A stretch of DNA of 64,000 nt from Zancudomyces culisetae HAW-14-8. Taxonomy: Eukaryota; Fungi; Kickxellomycota. Each line of letters starts with the position of its first letter. Positions within the stretch are counted from its first letter, which is position 1. Both the position numbers and the translations under genes were made by a program. The notes under the pieces were generated by a model. The model saw nothing but the letters and a program-made list of their open reading frames with translations, did not search any database and was not told the origin of the DNA. This document shows positions 13,537 through 25,789 of this stretch, piece by piece. The DNA lies in NCBI GenBank assembly GCA_052426225.1, contig JBNJNM010000006.1:806001-870000 (forward strand). The letters are read 5' to 3'.

Positions 13537-15977
13537 AATCATGTATCCATGCCTTATGTTTAATCTTAATTTTATAGAATGATTTATCTTTACTATTATT
13601 GTTTTGAAGTCCTAACCTATTTATTCTTCTTTTCGATCCATATCTGTTTATTTTTTCATTCAAAAACATATCGCTTCACTCGCAAGCACGTCATAACTTT
13701 TACAGCTGCGACTTTAAATAAATCATGTACAAGGTAAAGAAAAAGATATATGATTGAATTGGAGACACGATGCAAATTAACAGCCCTAACTCTTACAGTT
13801 GGCCGCATTAGACTCTGAACAACACACCACACTAGTACCATTTAACTCATTTTTGGAATTGCTATAGTCCAACGTATCATGAAAAGTTGGAGTGTAGGGA
13901 TGAATCGATACAAGTAGTCTGTCATTAATATTATGATTTGTACCCTATTAACAATGTCCAGTTGAATAAAGCGCTAGAGCCTGGGTATTTTAAACCTCAC
14001 TTTTACTTTGGAGTATATTGGGATATTTTTTATATTTACTTTTTGCTGGGATCTATTCACATTCAACGTATTGAATGTTTTTGTATTCTGTAATATCAAA
14101 AACATTTGAAAATTAAAAGCCAATAGATGCCTGATAAACTATACCTTTTATATAATTGCTGAGGTCCCACACCCGAGCTGTTTGTTCTAATAGGAAAAAC
14201 TCATCTAGCAAAAACAAACTTCCGTGTATTTTCTTTGGGAGAGGAAATGGAAATCAAAAAAGGGGCATAATTAATTGTTCTATTATCGATATTATCAAAA
14301 AAAATTTTTATCTCAGTAACTCTATGGAAGCTACAATAGCTACTATAACCAATAGCTCAAGAGTTAAAAAATTTTTATTGGTGGATAACAGAGATGGGTG
14401 GTAGGAGCAATTAGGATCTGAGCCCGGCTAATGCATCCAAATAAGAGCTGAGGAGGAACTTACGAAAACAAAATTTTATTCAGCAACATTGATAATGATC
14501 ACAGACAACATTGAAGGATTAAAAGTGGGGGAAAGCTCAACAAAATCCAAACCAAAGCAAAATGAAAAAAAAAAAATTTTTTTTTGATGATCTGCTAGAA
14601 AATAGTATAGAAAAAAACTATAAAAGAAAACACCAAGCCGTAAAATGATATCTCTTTCTCTTTTATTACCGAGAGCTACTATAGTGTAAATTTTTATACA
14701 GTTTATACTATCGAAGATAAAGAAAGAAGGATCATATAGAAAAACTCAAACATTACAACTGGTTTAAGATCAAAACTGTTGAAATCAAAAAACTATTTTG
14801 CTTGAACCATTATACTTTTTTTTTAGTAAAGAAAAAGTACTTTGACTGTTGTTGTGAGCGAGGAAGAAAAAAAAATCCACTTTTCTTGAAATTCTCGGTA
14901 ATAAAAGGTAAATGAACATCTGATCATTATTATTGTCATCATATTTATATCAAGGAGAAAAGAGGTTTTATGGTGCGGGTGGATAAAAGATGTTTAAAAT
15001 AACTCAAACTGTACTTGGTGTTGTATTTTATTCATTTTTTTTTGATGTGAATGTCCCTGCTGTCTGTGCGCCTCCATATTCTGTTTTTTTTGGTGTTTTT
15101 GCATGAAATGATGAAGTGTTAGTAAAGGGATGGTGGTATGTGGCAAGGGGGAGGGCTTGAGTTGATTGAGTTGACTCTAGAAGCTGCAATATGCTGATCC
15201 CTCATCTCTTGTTTTTTTTTCAACTTCTCTCCTTTCGTTATCACCTTGTTACACTTACCTTCATCTTATCTTGCCTCCTTCCCTTCCCTGCATTTGTTTT
15301 TGGGATTTCAGTGGTGGTTGTCGTTTTTTCCCTCCGTCTTTGACTGTCATATGAATCGTGATGAAAATATTCTAAATGTAAAACCAAACTTAAATGGAAA
15401 ATAGAAAGAGGATAAAGCTAAAGAAAAGTCTAGCTTAAGGATAAATATAACTTGACATATCTTTTTTGTAAAAAAGAGCTTGAGAAAGTATATCCATAAG
15501 GGTAAACTATTTGCTTTAAAATCTAAACTATTCCAAAAGTAACCAACTGTTTTATAATCCTATTAAAAAAACGAGAGACGGAGACCTTGTTCAGGATAGT
15601 TAACTAAAGTATAGATAATAAGCTGTTGATTAAATCATCTATAAATTTAGTTCAATATATCATACCTGTGTAAATAGATCAACTGCATTAAACTTCTAAA
15701 GAAATATCAACACCACTGGAGATATCTTGAGACAGACCATCAAAAGTGCTGTTAAGAATAGAATAACAAGAGAAAAAGATAGTGAAAGGGGAAATATCAA
15801 AGATAAAATTCTGATAAACTTGCTACTATTTCTACATTGAGAATTATATATAAACACATAAAACTAACGGAGAAAAGGAATAAAAAAACAATTCTAATTC
15901 AATCCAATCCAGCCTAATTTAACCTAGTCAAAAATATAACAAGAATAACAAACAGTAAAACAATTAAAAAGATAAAC

Positions 15978-18900
15978 ATGAACAAGTTTGCAATTCAATC
16001 AGAAATACAGCCAGCATCAGGCAGAACATCACCAGATGGGTTTAGCACAGCATTTAGACCATGCGCAGCACCACAACAATCATTCAGCGCAACAGCAGGC
16101 GTAAGATCACAAGAGGAACTGAGCGCTTATGAACCAACAATGGCGGCGCTTGTGTTGGAGGATGGAAGTGTTTACTTGGGTTATTCATTTGGATCTCAAA
16201 AGGCATCAGTTAGTGGTGAATTGGTATTCCAGACAGGCATGACAGGATACCCAGAAGCGCTTACAGATCCTAGCAACACAGGATACCTGTTGGTTATGAC
16301 ATTCCCACTTATTGGTAACTATGGTGTACCAGACACTACATCAATGGATTCTGTTGTTCAGGATAGACTGGAGCACTTTGAATCCAACAAGATTCATGTG
16401 AGCGCATTGGTTGTCGGACAGTACTCAGCAGAATACAGCCATTATATGGCAAAGACCTCACTATCACAGTGGTTGGTGGATAACGAGATCCCAGCAGTTT
16501 ATGGTATTGATACTAGAGAGGTGACCAAGAAAATCAGAGAACAAGGTGCAATGAAGGGTAAACTTTTATTCCCCAAATTTGCTTTGGGAACACAAGTCAG
16601 AAGCAGTGGAGGATACAATCTTGAGGGGTATGAAGATGTGTCCTGGCGTGACATCAACATTGAGAACTTGGCAGCAAAGGTATCAACCCAAGTAACCAGA
16701 GTATATTATCCAAGCAGTGACAAGGCATTGAAACATCCAAGCGGTAGAAACCTGCGAATTCTGGCTGTCGATTTTGGATTAAAGAAAAAACAGATTGTGG
16801 ATATGGTTGAAGAGGGGCTGGAAGTAAAATTGGTTCCATGGGACTACGACTTTTTGAATGAGGAGGTAATTGATGGGTTGTTTTTGAGTAATGGGCCAGG
16901 AAACCCAGAGGCTATACCAAGAGATATAGTAGTGAAGCGTATTGAAGAGGCAATTAGAAGAGAGAAATACCCGATATTTGGTATTTGTATGGGACATCAA
17001 CTTTTAAGTTTGGCAAGTGGAGCAAAAACCATCAAAATGAAGTATGGAAACCGAGGAGCAAACATTCCATGTACAGATTTAAGAACCGGTAAATGTTACA
17101 TTACTTCACAAAACCACGGGTTTGCCGTTGAAGCCAGCAGCTTTAAGAAGGGTATAGTGGAATTGTTTGTTAATGCAAACGATGGGACTAATGAAGGAAT
17201 GATGTATGAGGATTTGCCATACTTTTCAGTTCAATTCCATCCAGAAGCGACACCTGGGCCTGAAGATACCAGGTTTTTGTTTAAAGAGTTTTCGCAACTT
17301 GTGGAAAAATGTAGTGCGCTGAGCAGCATTAGAGGTGTTCGATTAGCAGGAAATGCAGTAGATGCGTCATGGAAAGAAAAGATGTTTGGGGAGGTTAAAA
17401 CAGGTGCAGGCAGAGTTGTTAATGGAAAGATGATTAGAAAGGTATTGGTTCTTGGATCAGGAGGACTTAGTATTGGGCAAGCGGGAGAGTTTGATTATTC
17501 TGGTTCTCAGGCAATCAAGGCATTAAAAGAAGAAGGTATTTATACCGTTTTGATTAATCCAAACATTGCAACCATTCAGACTTCAAAGGGGTTGGCCGAC
17601 AAATGCTACTTCTTGCCAGTGACACCAGAGTATGTGCGCAAAGTAATTGAACATGAGAGACCAGATGGTATTTTCTGTACATTTGGTGGGCAAACAGCAC
17701 TCAATATCGGAGTGGCGCTTAATGATGAGTTTGAGGCACTGGGTGTTCAAGTGTTGGGTACACAGATAAGTACCATTAATACTACGGAGGATCGGGAGTT
17801 GTTTGCCAAGGCAATGGAAGAAATCGGTGAGAAATGTGCACGTTCTGATACAGCAACAACAGTTGAGGAAGCATTGGCTGTGGGAGAACAGATTGGATAC
17901 CCAGTAATTGTCAGAGCTGCCTATGCCCTAGGAGGATTAGGTTCTGGATTTGCAGACAATGCTGAACAGCTTGAGGACTTGGCAATCAAGGCTCTGCAAA
18001 CATCGCCACAAATTTTGGTAGAAAGATCAATGAAGGGATGGAAGGAAATTGAATATGAAGTGGTCAGAGACTCGGGAGACAACTGTATTGTCGTGTGTAA
18101 CATGGAAAACTTTGATCCATTGGGAATCCACACTGGTGACAGTATTGTTATCGCACCTAGTCAAACACTTGACGACAACGATATGCAAATGTTACGATCT
18201 ACAGCGATCAAAGTGGTCCGACATTTGGGTGTGGTTGGTGAATGTAACATCCAATACGCGCTTAACCCAAACTCCAATGAATACTGTATTATTGAAGTCA
18301 ATGCTCGTTTGTCACGATCATCTGCACTGGCTAGCAAGGCTACTGGTTATCCACTTGCGTTTGTAGCAGCCAAACTTGGGTTGGGAATAAAACTAAACAC
18401 ATTAAGAAACTCGGTTACTAAGGTAACTACTGCATGTTTCGAACCCAGCTTGGACTATGTGGTGGTAAAGATGCCTAGATGGGATTTGGCCAAATTCCAG
18501 AGGGTAAACAAGGAACTTTCTAGTGCTATGAAGAGTGTAGGTGAGGTTATGGCTATAGGCAAAACATTTGAGGAGTGTTTGATGGAGGCTATCCGCTCAG
18601 TAGATCCATCCTTTGTAGGGTTTGGCAAGAATGACTATGTGAGTGCTCATCCAGACGCTATAGATAGAGAGCTTGTTCAACCTACAGACAAACGCCTGTT
18701 TGCTATTGCCAATGCCTTTTATTTAGGTTATTCGGTTGAAAAGGTTTGGGAATTGACTCGAATTGACAAGTGGTTTTTGTGCAAGCTGAGAAATATTATC
18801 GAAACTGAAATTTTAATGGCGGCATGTTGTAACAATGGCCTACCAAAGATTTCGCCTTCTCTTCTTACTCGTGCCAAAATGATGGGATTCAGTGATTTGG

Positions 18901-21900
18901 GAATTGCCCAGGTTATTAACAGCAATGAGTTGCAGGTTAGAAAGGATAGACTGGCAATTGGCCTACATCCATATGTTAAACAGATTGATACGGTTGCAGC
19001 CGAGTTTCCAGCGACTACCAATTACTTGTATCTGACTTATAATGCATCTACGCATGATGTGTCCTTTGAGGATCATGGAATAATGGTTTTGGGATCTGGT
19101 GTTTATAGAATCGGTTCATCTGTGGAATTTGATTGGTGTGCTGTAAGAGCCATCAAAACGCTACGTGAAAATGGCAAAAAGACCATTATGGTAAACTACA
19201 ATCCTGAAACTGTCAGTACAGATTATGATGAAGCCGATCGTCTCTATTTCTGCAACATTACTTTGGAAAAAGTTATGGATATCTACATGCTTGAAAGCAG
19301 TGCTGGTGTTGTGATTAGTATGGGTGGACAAACTCCAAACAATATTGCTCTGGCTTTACATCGTCAAAAGGTCAAGATCTTTGGTACTTCTCCTGATTAC
19401 ATTGATAATGCTGAAAACAGATACAAGTTCAGTCGTATGTTGGATCAAATTGGAATTGATCAGCCAGCATGGAGGGAGTTAACCAAGACCGAGGATGCAT
19501 TTGCATTCTGTCGCCAAGTCGGATTCCCTGTACTGGTAAGACCTTCGTATGTACTCAGTGGTGCAGCAATGAATGTGGCCTTTTCGGAACAGGATTTGGA
19601 CGCATACCTTAAACAAGCTGTGACAGTCAGTAAGGAGTACCCTGTCGTAATCACCAAGTTTATTGAGGACGCAAAGGAAATCGATGTTGATGCAGTAGCC
19701 ATCAATGGACAAATGGTCGTTCATTGTATCAGTGAGCATGTTGAGAATGCTGGTGTCCACTCGGGTGATGCCACTTTGGTATTACCACCTCAGGATCTTG
19801 ACCCAGTGACTGTCAAAAAAATATCCGAAGCCACTGCGGCAATTGGAAAGGCATTGCATGTAACAGGTCCATATAACATTCAGTTTATAGCCAAGGACAA
19901 TATGATCAAAGTTATTGAGTGTAATGTTCGTGCGGCCAGATCATTCCCCTTTGTTTCCAAATCAATGAATGTTGATTTTGTTGAAATTGCTGTTAAGGCT
20001 ATGTTGGGTCTTCCTGTTTCAGTTGGAAACGCTCCAACAGTCGTAGGTGGCAGTAAAGGCTGGGAAAACGGTCAGGCTGTTGACTATGTAGCTGTTAAAG
20101 TACCACAATTCAGCTTTAGCAGACTTCTTGGTGCCGATCCAATCCTGGGTGTGGAAATGGCAAGCACTGGTGAGGTAGCTGCCTTTGGACGCGATAAATA
20201 CGATGCCTACATCAAGGCACTACTGGCTACTGGTTTCACCATTCCAAAGAAGAATGTTTTGGTGTCGATTGGTTCCTACAAAGAAAAAGTAGAGTTGCTA
20301 GATTCGATCAGAAAGTTGGTAGAAGTAGTGGGATTGACTGTTTATGCAACTCCTGGTACTGCCGACTTTTTCAATGAAAACAACGTAAATGTCAAGGTAC
20401 TGGACGTCTCCAGTAACCGTGCTGAATACAGCATGCATCAACACTTGGCCAACAACCTTATTGATTTATATATCAATTTGCCATCCAAAAACCAATTCAG
20501 ACGTCCTGCTAATTTTGTATCTGAGGGTTACAAATCACGAAGAATGGCCATTGACTGTTCAATTCCTTTGATTACCAATGTCAAGTGCGCCAAGATGTTT
20601 GCTGAGGCTCTGGCTCGCTACGGCGACCAATCTCAATACAAGATCCGCAATCTTGATTATATTACTTCACACCGCACAATTGTCCTACCAGGTCTAGTCG
20701 ATGTATGCTCACTGGTTGCTCATCATTCTAACTTGAACGGCAATAGTGTGAATTTCGATGCTGTTCATTCCAACTTTGTGGCTGCTTTGTGTGGTGGATT
20801 TTCCATGCTGAATGTAGTTTGTCCATTGGATTTGAATACACATTCACAACAACAATCCATAACATCTCAATATTCTTCGTTTGAAAAACTACTAACCCAG
20901 AAATGCAAATCAGACTATTCTATCTCCTTGTCAATGTTTAGCTCATCAAACCTTGGTGAAGCCTCTCAACCTCTTTCAAAGGCTACAGAAGAAGATCTAT
21001 TGGATCTCGCTAGAGCAAATCCACGTGAGCCTCTGTTTATTTCTATGAAGGGTCGCACTGAAAATTACTCCAGGGTTGCTGAAATCTTTAGACTCTGGCC
21101 TCGCTCAACTAAAATCATCACCGATGCTACTGGCGCAGAACTGGCCTCCACTTTGTTGCTAGCATCTCTGTATGACCGCTGCGTCCACGTAACCAATGTT
21201 ACCAACAGCGATGATTTACTTTTGATTCTTTTGAGCAAAGATAAGAACCTCAACGTCACCTTTGATGTCTCTATATTTAGTTTGTTCCCATATCCACAAT
21301 CGGATTCTTCTTCTGCTGTTAACGATGCCAATACCAAGAACAGATTGGCTTTATGGGAAAAGTTTGATGATATTGACTGTTTATCAGTTGGCAATAACTT
21401 GCCCCAGCAGCTCAAGGATATTCTGGATAATGATTACAACAAGTGTATGCAAGTGGCTTATTCTTTGGCATTACCTCTCCTTCTGAACGCTGTCTCTGAT
21501 AATTTACTCACTATAGATGATATTGTTACAAAACTTTCGACAAATCCACGAAAGATCTTTAACTATCCTCTCAAACAATCCTCATGCTACATCGAAGCAC
21601 ACACCGACAAGCGTACTTTGACTCTACCACAAGCCATTCCAAACTTGACTCTTCCTCTTAATGGAGATGGAAACGGAAACGATACTAGTGCTATTGTCAA
21701 GGCTGCCGCCGAGCTGTATGGAAATAGCTTCAAATCCAATCTACATCGTGTTGTGTTTAAGGCCAAATGTGTGTTTTTGGATGGAAAACCTTTTGATACC
21801 ATCATTGATTCTGTCTCTGGTTCAACACATCAGCTTGATTGGTCTACCAACTCTGCCGATATTACATCTTCTCTATCCACAAAATCCACTACTACCACCA

Positions 21901-23468
21901 CCACCACCACCACCACTGCTGCTGCTGCTGCTGCTCTGATTTCTGACTCTGCCGTACTTGCTGATACTACTGCCAAGGTTTCTTCCTTTGCAAGAACTGT
22001 TCCTGAATACAATTATGGTAGCAACACTAGCTTGGTTGACCTGGTTGTTTCTGGCCCTAGCAAAAAGGAAATCCACTCCTCAAGCAAGAGAGTTGTATCT
22101 GGTTCGTCTGGTATCCCACCTGCTCTCGCCTCTCCAACGAAACAGACCATCCCAGGCTTGTCTGTCGCTGCCACACCAACTACCGCTGCTTCTTCCGCCA
22201 TCGCTTCTGTCGCTCCTATTGGAATGCCTTCTCTCGGAAAGTCTACAAACATTAGTTCTGGATCCCAACCTGCTGTAGATGGTGTTGGCCTTGGCTCATC
22301 TGCTGGCAATATCTCGACTCTGCCATCTACATCTACATCTACAGTTGCAACAACGACCTCAGCGACAGCACCTATTCTAGCATCATCAGCACATATTCCT
22401 CAATTCCACCAGAATATTATATACAATGAGGCTTTGTTGGCTGACCATTATCACCAACTTACTCTTAAATCCAACTTTGTTTCATCAATTCTGTCCCGTT
22501 TTGATGGTTACAATCCGTTCTACAGACAATCATTGGTTTCTGCAAAATCTCTTACAAGAAATCACCTGTATATCCTGTTTGCTGTTGCCATGGAAATCCG
22601 AACATTGGTTGAAAAATATGGTGTCCTTCCTCTTTTATCCGGAAAAATAATGACCAATCTCTTTTATGAACCTTCTTCAAGAACCAACTTTAGTTTCCAA
22701 ACTGCAATGTCCAGACTTGGTGGCAAAGTGAACAACATCAATGTAGATGCAAGCTCTGTTACTAAAGGAGAAACTCTGCATGATACCATCAAGACATTCA
22801 GTTGCTACTCCGATATTATTGTGTTGAGACACCCTAAGATTGGTGCCGCAAAGGCTGCTTGTGAAAGCACAGGCTACAACTTCCCCATCATTAACGCTGG
22901 TGATGGAGCTGGTGAACACCCAACACAAGCCTTGCTCGATGTCTTTACCATTCGTGAAGAATTGGGAACAGTGAATGGTCTGGTTGTAACTCTTGTTGGT
23001 GACTTGTGTAACGGAAGAACTGTTCACTCTTTGGCAAGGTTGTTGACTCTTTACAACAACATTACCATTAACTATGTTGCTCCTACCGAGGCTCTTCAAA
23101 TGCCTGATGAAATTATTTCCAAATTGAATCAGCTAGCCAACCCAAACAACAACTTTAGACAATTTAAGCACAATGATCTCAGCAAATTTATTCTCAGCGT
23201 CACTGATGTACTTTATGTTACCAGAATTCAAAAAGAGCGCTTTGAATCTGTTGAACAATACAACAATGTCCTTGCTAACTTTACTCTTACTATTGATAAC
23301 TCGGTTCTGTCTCACTGCAAGAAGAACATGATCGTAATGCACCCCTTGCCTCGTGTCAATGAAATCTCTCCTGATGTTGACACCGACCCTAGAGCTGCAT
23401 ATTTCAGACAGATGAAGTATGGCATGTATGTCAGGATGGCATTGCTCTCACTTATCTTTACAAACTAA
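15978..23468 (+). CDS. URA2: Multifunctional URA2 (GATase-CPSase-inactive DHOase-like-ATCase), intronless, 2496 aa
   Basis: GICMGHQ and QFHPE (GATase triad), duplicated CPS ATP-grasp domains, MGS-like domain, DHO-like region lacking the HxH metal motif, ATCase FYEPSSRT, HPTQALLD and MHPLPR. Confidence 0.97.
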   Translation: MNKFAIQSEIQPASGRTSPDGFSTAFRPCAAPQQSFSATAGVRSQEELSAYEPTMAALVLEDGSVYLGYSFGSQKASVSGELVFQTGMTGYPEALTDPSNTGYLLVMTFPLIGNYGVPDTTSMDSVVQDRLEHFESNKIHVSALVVGQYSAEYSHYMAKTSLSQWLVDNEIPAVYGIDTREVTKKIREQGAMKGKLLFPKFALGTQVRSSGGYNLEGYEDVSWRDINIENLAAKVSTQVTRVYYPSSDKALKHPSGRNLRILAVDFGLKKKQIVDMVEEGLEVKLVPWDYDFLNEEVIDGLFLSNGPGNPEAIPRDIVVKRIEEAIRREKYPIFGICMGHQLLSLASGAKTIKMKYGNRGANIPCTDLRTGKCYITSQNHGFAVEASSFKKGIVELFVNANDGTNEGMMYEDLPYFSVQFHPEATPGPEDTRFLFKEFSQLVEKCSALSSIRGVRLAGNAVDASWKEKMFGEVKTGAGRVVNGKMIRKVLVLGSGGLSIGQAGEFDYSGSQAIKALKEEGIYTVLINPNIATIQTSKGLADKCYFLPVTPEYVRKVIEHERPDGIFCTFGGQTALNIGVALNDEFEALGVQVLGTQISTINTTEDRELFAKAMEEIGEKCARSDTATTVEEALAVGEQIGYPVIVRAAYALGGLGSGFADNAEQLEDLAIKALQTSPQILVERSMKGWKEIEYEVVRDSGDNCIVVCNMENFDPLGIHTGDSIVIAPSQTLDDNDMQMLRSTAIKVVRHLGVVGECNIQYALNPNSNEYCIIEVNARLSRSSALASKATGYPLAFVAAKLGLGIKLNTLRNSVTKVTTACFEPSLDYVVVKMPRWDLAKFQRVNKELSSAMKSVGEVMAIGKTFEECLMEAIRSVDPSFVGFGKNDYVSAHPDAIDRELVQPTDKRLFAIANAFYLGYSVEKVWELTRIDKWFLCKLRNIIETEILMAACCNNGLPKISPSLLTRAKMMGFSDLGIAQVINSNELQVRKDRLAIGLHPYVKQIDTVAAEFPATTNYLYLTYNASTHDVSFEDHGIMVLGSGVYRIGSSVEFDWCAVRAIKTLRENGKKTIMVNYNPETVSTDYDEADRLYFCNITLEKVMDIYMLESSAGVVISMGGQTPNNIALALHRQKVKIFGTSPDYIDNAENRYKFSRMLDQIGIDQPAWRELTKTEDAFAFCRQVGFPVLVRPSYVLSGAAMNVAFSEQDLDAYLKQAVTVSKEYPVVITKFIEDAKEIDVDAVAINGQMVVHCISEHVENAGVHSGDATLVLPPQDLDPVTVKKISEATAAIGKALHVTGPYNIQFIAKDNMIKVIECNVRAARSFPFVSKSMNVDFVEIAVKAMLGLPVSVGNAPTVVGGSKGWENGQAVDYVAVKVPQFSFSRLLGADPILGVEMASTGEVAAFGRDKYDAYIKALLATGFTIPKKNVLVSIGSYKEKVELLDSIRKLVEVVGLTVYATPGTADFFNENNVNVKVLDVSSNRAEYSMHQHLANNLIDLYINLPSKNQFRRPANFVSEGYKSRRMAIDCSIPLITNVKCAKMFAEALARYGDQSQYKIRNLDYITSHRTIVLPGLVDVCSLVAHHSNLNGNSVNFDAVHSNFVAALCGGFSMLNVVCPLDLNTHSQQQSITSQYSSFEKLLTQKCKSDYSISLSMFSSSNLGEASQPLSKATEEDLLDLARANPREPLFISMKGRTENYSRVAEIFRLWPRSTKIITDATGAELASTLLLASLYDRCVHVTNVTNSDDLLLILLSKDKNLNVTFDVSIFSLFPYPQSDSSSAVNDANTKNRLALWEKFDDIDCLSVGNNLPQQLKDILDNDYNKCMQVAYSLALPLLLNAVSDNLLTIDDIVTKLSTNPRKIFNYPLKQSSCYIEAHTDKRTLTLPQAIPNLTLPLNGDGNGNDTSAIVKAAAELYGNSFKSNLHRVVFKAKCVFLDGKPFDTIIDSVSGSTHQLDWSTNSADITSSLSTKSTTTTTTTTTTAAAAAALISDSAVLADTTAKVSSFARTVPEYNYGSNTSLVDLVVSGPSKKEIHSSSKRVVSGSSGIPPALASPTKQTIPGLSVAATPTTAASSAIASVAPIGMPSLGKSTNISSGSQPAVDGVGLGSSAGNISTLPSTSTSTVATTTSATAPILASSAHIPQFHQNIIYNEALLADHYHQLTLKSNFVSSILSRFDGYNPFYRQSLVSAKSLTRNHLYILFAVAMEIRTLVEKYGVLPLLSGKIMTNLFYEPSSRTNFSFQTAMSRLGGKVNNINVDASSVTKGETLHDTIKTFSCYSDIIVLRHPKIGAAKAACESTGYNFPIINAGDGAGEHPTQALLDVFTIREELGTVNGLVVTLVGDLCNGRTVHSLARLLTLYNNITINYVAPTEALQMPDEIISKLNQLANPNNNFRQFKHNDLSKFILSVTDVLYVTRIQKERFESVEQYNNVLANFTLTIDNSVLSHCKKNMIVMHPLPRVNEISPDVDTDPRAAYFRQMKYGMYVRMALLSLIFTN

Positions 23469-23859
23469 TTTCGATATGTTTATATTTTTAATTGGTTTTT
23501 TTTATTTGTTTATTTCTTTGTTTCTGTCTTTGGAATCTTAAATGGTTAAACCCAACTATAAATATTTATATTAAACCTATTTAAATGACGTTATTGTACT
23601 ATTTCTTGGATCTCTCATTTTCTCTACTTATTTTTTTATTGACTTTGTAGAGCATCTTAATTTTTTAATATAAAACCACCACAACCACATCACACCTTTG
23701 ACCTGAGCAATACAAACAGTTGATACTAAATATTGTAATTTCAATTATCATCCAATTAATATAATATTATAATTTATTTTATTTTATTCAAAATCGAGAA
23801 TTGTAAAAGCTAACATTTGCTAATTAAAAATATATCCTTAAATTCAAACAACAGATAAA

Positions 23860-25191
23860 TTAGCTCTTATCCTCATAATCAGGCTTTTCGGGTTCCTCAC
23901 TAGTCTCAGTGGTGATGCTACACAGGTAGAACATAAATGGTACCGACAGATCAAGAACAACCCAGTTGAAAATAAATTGTCCAGTCATGCTCATTTTAGC
24001 TACATCAATGGCCCAGGAAATAGCACCTCCGAATGATTGAATACTCTTGTAGAAACCAACATATCTTGAAAGAACAGTACTGTCGTTACTCATGGCACCA
24101 ATGAGCCAGTATGCAAGATTTTGCCAGATAGCATCTGCGAGTCCCATGAATGCGTACAAAATGATTGGCCAGGCGTAAGTCTTTCCACTTGTCTTGTAGT
24201 CCAATCTCAAGTATTTTTCAGAATCAGTGATGTTTCCGTTATCTGTAATAATCTTTGTAAGTCTCTTTTGTTCAAAGTGGGTTAGAAGCCATACCAAGTT
24301 GAAGAATACAACTACAATTGTTGTGCCAATGTATGCTCTAGTCTTACGTGACATCTTTGAGTCCAAAACAAATCCAATGAGAACTGATCCAATCATCTGG
24401 GATCCCCAGTAGAAGATGCTGTTGAATCCTTTCGAGTCGGTGGTAAAGTTTCTTCCGTTGTAGTAGTTGAATTGGTATGAATAAAAGAAGTTTGATGAGA
24501 AACTCATAAACAAAATAAGAATCATTCTCTTGTTTCCGAAGAGACCAATAACCTTTCTGACTTCATCTCCCCATCCACCGTGCGCGGAGATGACAACGTT
24601 GCTTCCATCTGATCGAATGACTTTGCTTGGTGGTGCTAGTGCCAATGCGAGGAAAGATCCAAAGCATTCCAAAACCAAGAATGCAATATATCCTGAGGTT
24701 GGTAGCGATTCTGATGATTTACCGGTGGCAATTGGGATAATACTTCCAAGCATACCTCCCAAGTTGAAAATAACCCAGAAGACTGAAATGTACTTTCCTT
24801 TGTCCTTTTCAAGTGGATATGAGGTCATAATCATACCTTGTCCAGCCCACAATACACCAGCACCAATTCCCAAGATTGCTCCAGCAGCGACGGTGAACCA
24901 TGAGTTTTGTGTGTTATTGTAGTAGACATATGATCCTGAGTACAATGCATAGGTCAATCCTGAGACACAGAGGGAAAGTCTTACACCAATAATGTTAACA
25001 ATGGCACCTCCCAACAATCCGAAAATTGTAAAGGTTACATAAAGAGCTGTGTTTGCCTTTGATCCTGTGCTAGAATCGATTTGTCCACCACCTCCCATAC
25101 TGTTGAGGGCATTGAACATACCAGGGCAGCAGAAACAAATGAAACCCAAGATTACAACTTGGGTGAGAGCACTCCTATAGCTGAGTCCCAT
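23860..25191 (-). CDS. UNC93-like MFS membrane protein
   Basis: QVVILGFICFCCPGMFNALNSMGGGG, LWAGQG..MTSYP..KGKYISVFW and RYVGFYKSIQSFGGA; many hydrophobic helices. Confidence 0.88.
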   Translation of the reverse strand: MGLSYRSALTQVVILGFICFCCPGMFNALNSMGGGGQIDSSTGSKANTALYVTFTIFGLLGGAIVNIIGVRLSLCVSGLTYALYSGSYVYYNNTQNSWFTVAAGAILGIGAGVLWAGQGMIMTSYPLEKDKGKYISVFWVIFNLGGMLGSIIPIATGKSSESLPTSGYIAFLVLECFGSFLALALAPPSKVIRSDGSNVVISAHGGWGDEVRKVIGLFGNKRMILILFMSFSSNFFYSYQFNYYNGRNFTTDSKGFNSIFYWGSQMIGSVLIGFVLDSKMSRKTRAYIGTTIVVVFFNLVWLLTHFEQKRLTKIITDNGNITDSEKYLRLDYKTSGKTYAWPIILYAFMGLADAIWQNLAYWLIGAMSNDSTVLSRYVGFYKSIQSFGGAISWAIDVAKMSMTGQFIFNWVVLDLSVPFMFYLCSITTETSEEPEKPDYEDKS

Positions 25192-25789
25192 TTTTGCTTT
25201 ATTTTAATATCTTTTGTTGATTAGTATTAGTTGTTCTTTTAATATCAATAATGAATACTTAAAGGGATTAATTGACTTTTTTTTGTGAGGTCAACCTTCT
25301 GCTTGGATGGGTTCCACCTCTACATATTTATACCTTTGCTTCAAAAAAAATAATGAAAAGCTTTTTTATCTTTTGTGAATACTGAACTTTTTTTTTTTAC
25401 TTTTGTTGTGGTGCTATTTTTTTTTCCTCTCTACCATTTGTAGCATGGTTTGAGCAACACAACTATATTTAGGCAACTTCACTCTAGAGCTTGCACCTCA
25501 CAATCTATAACCCGTTAATAGATAATATACGCCCTTTTTTGCACTTGTGATTTATTTTGTTTATTAACTATTACGTAATAACAACATTTGCTTGAATGTA
25601 CTGATATTTAGTTCCAAATGAAAGAATAAATCATAATTATAATAATTTTGTAAACAAAATCATCTATTTTTTTTTCAATTTTTGTTACTGATTGTCCAGG
25701 GAATCTTTGGGATTCGCCGACGTAAATATAATCATGCGTAAATATAATTTGTAGTTCATTTTTTTATACGCTGCCTAAAAAAACCCCCA

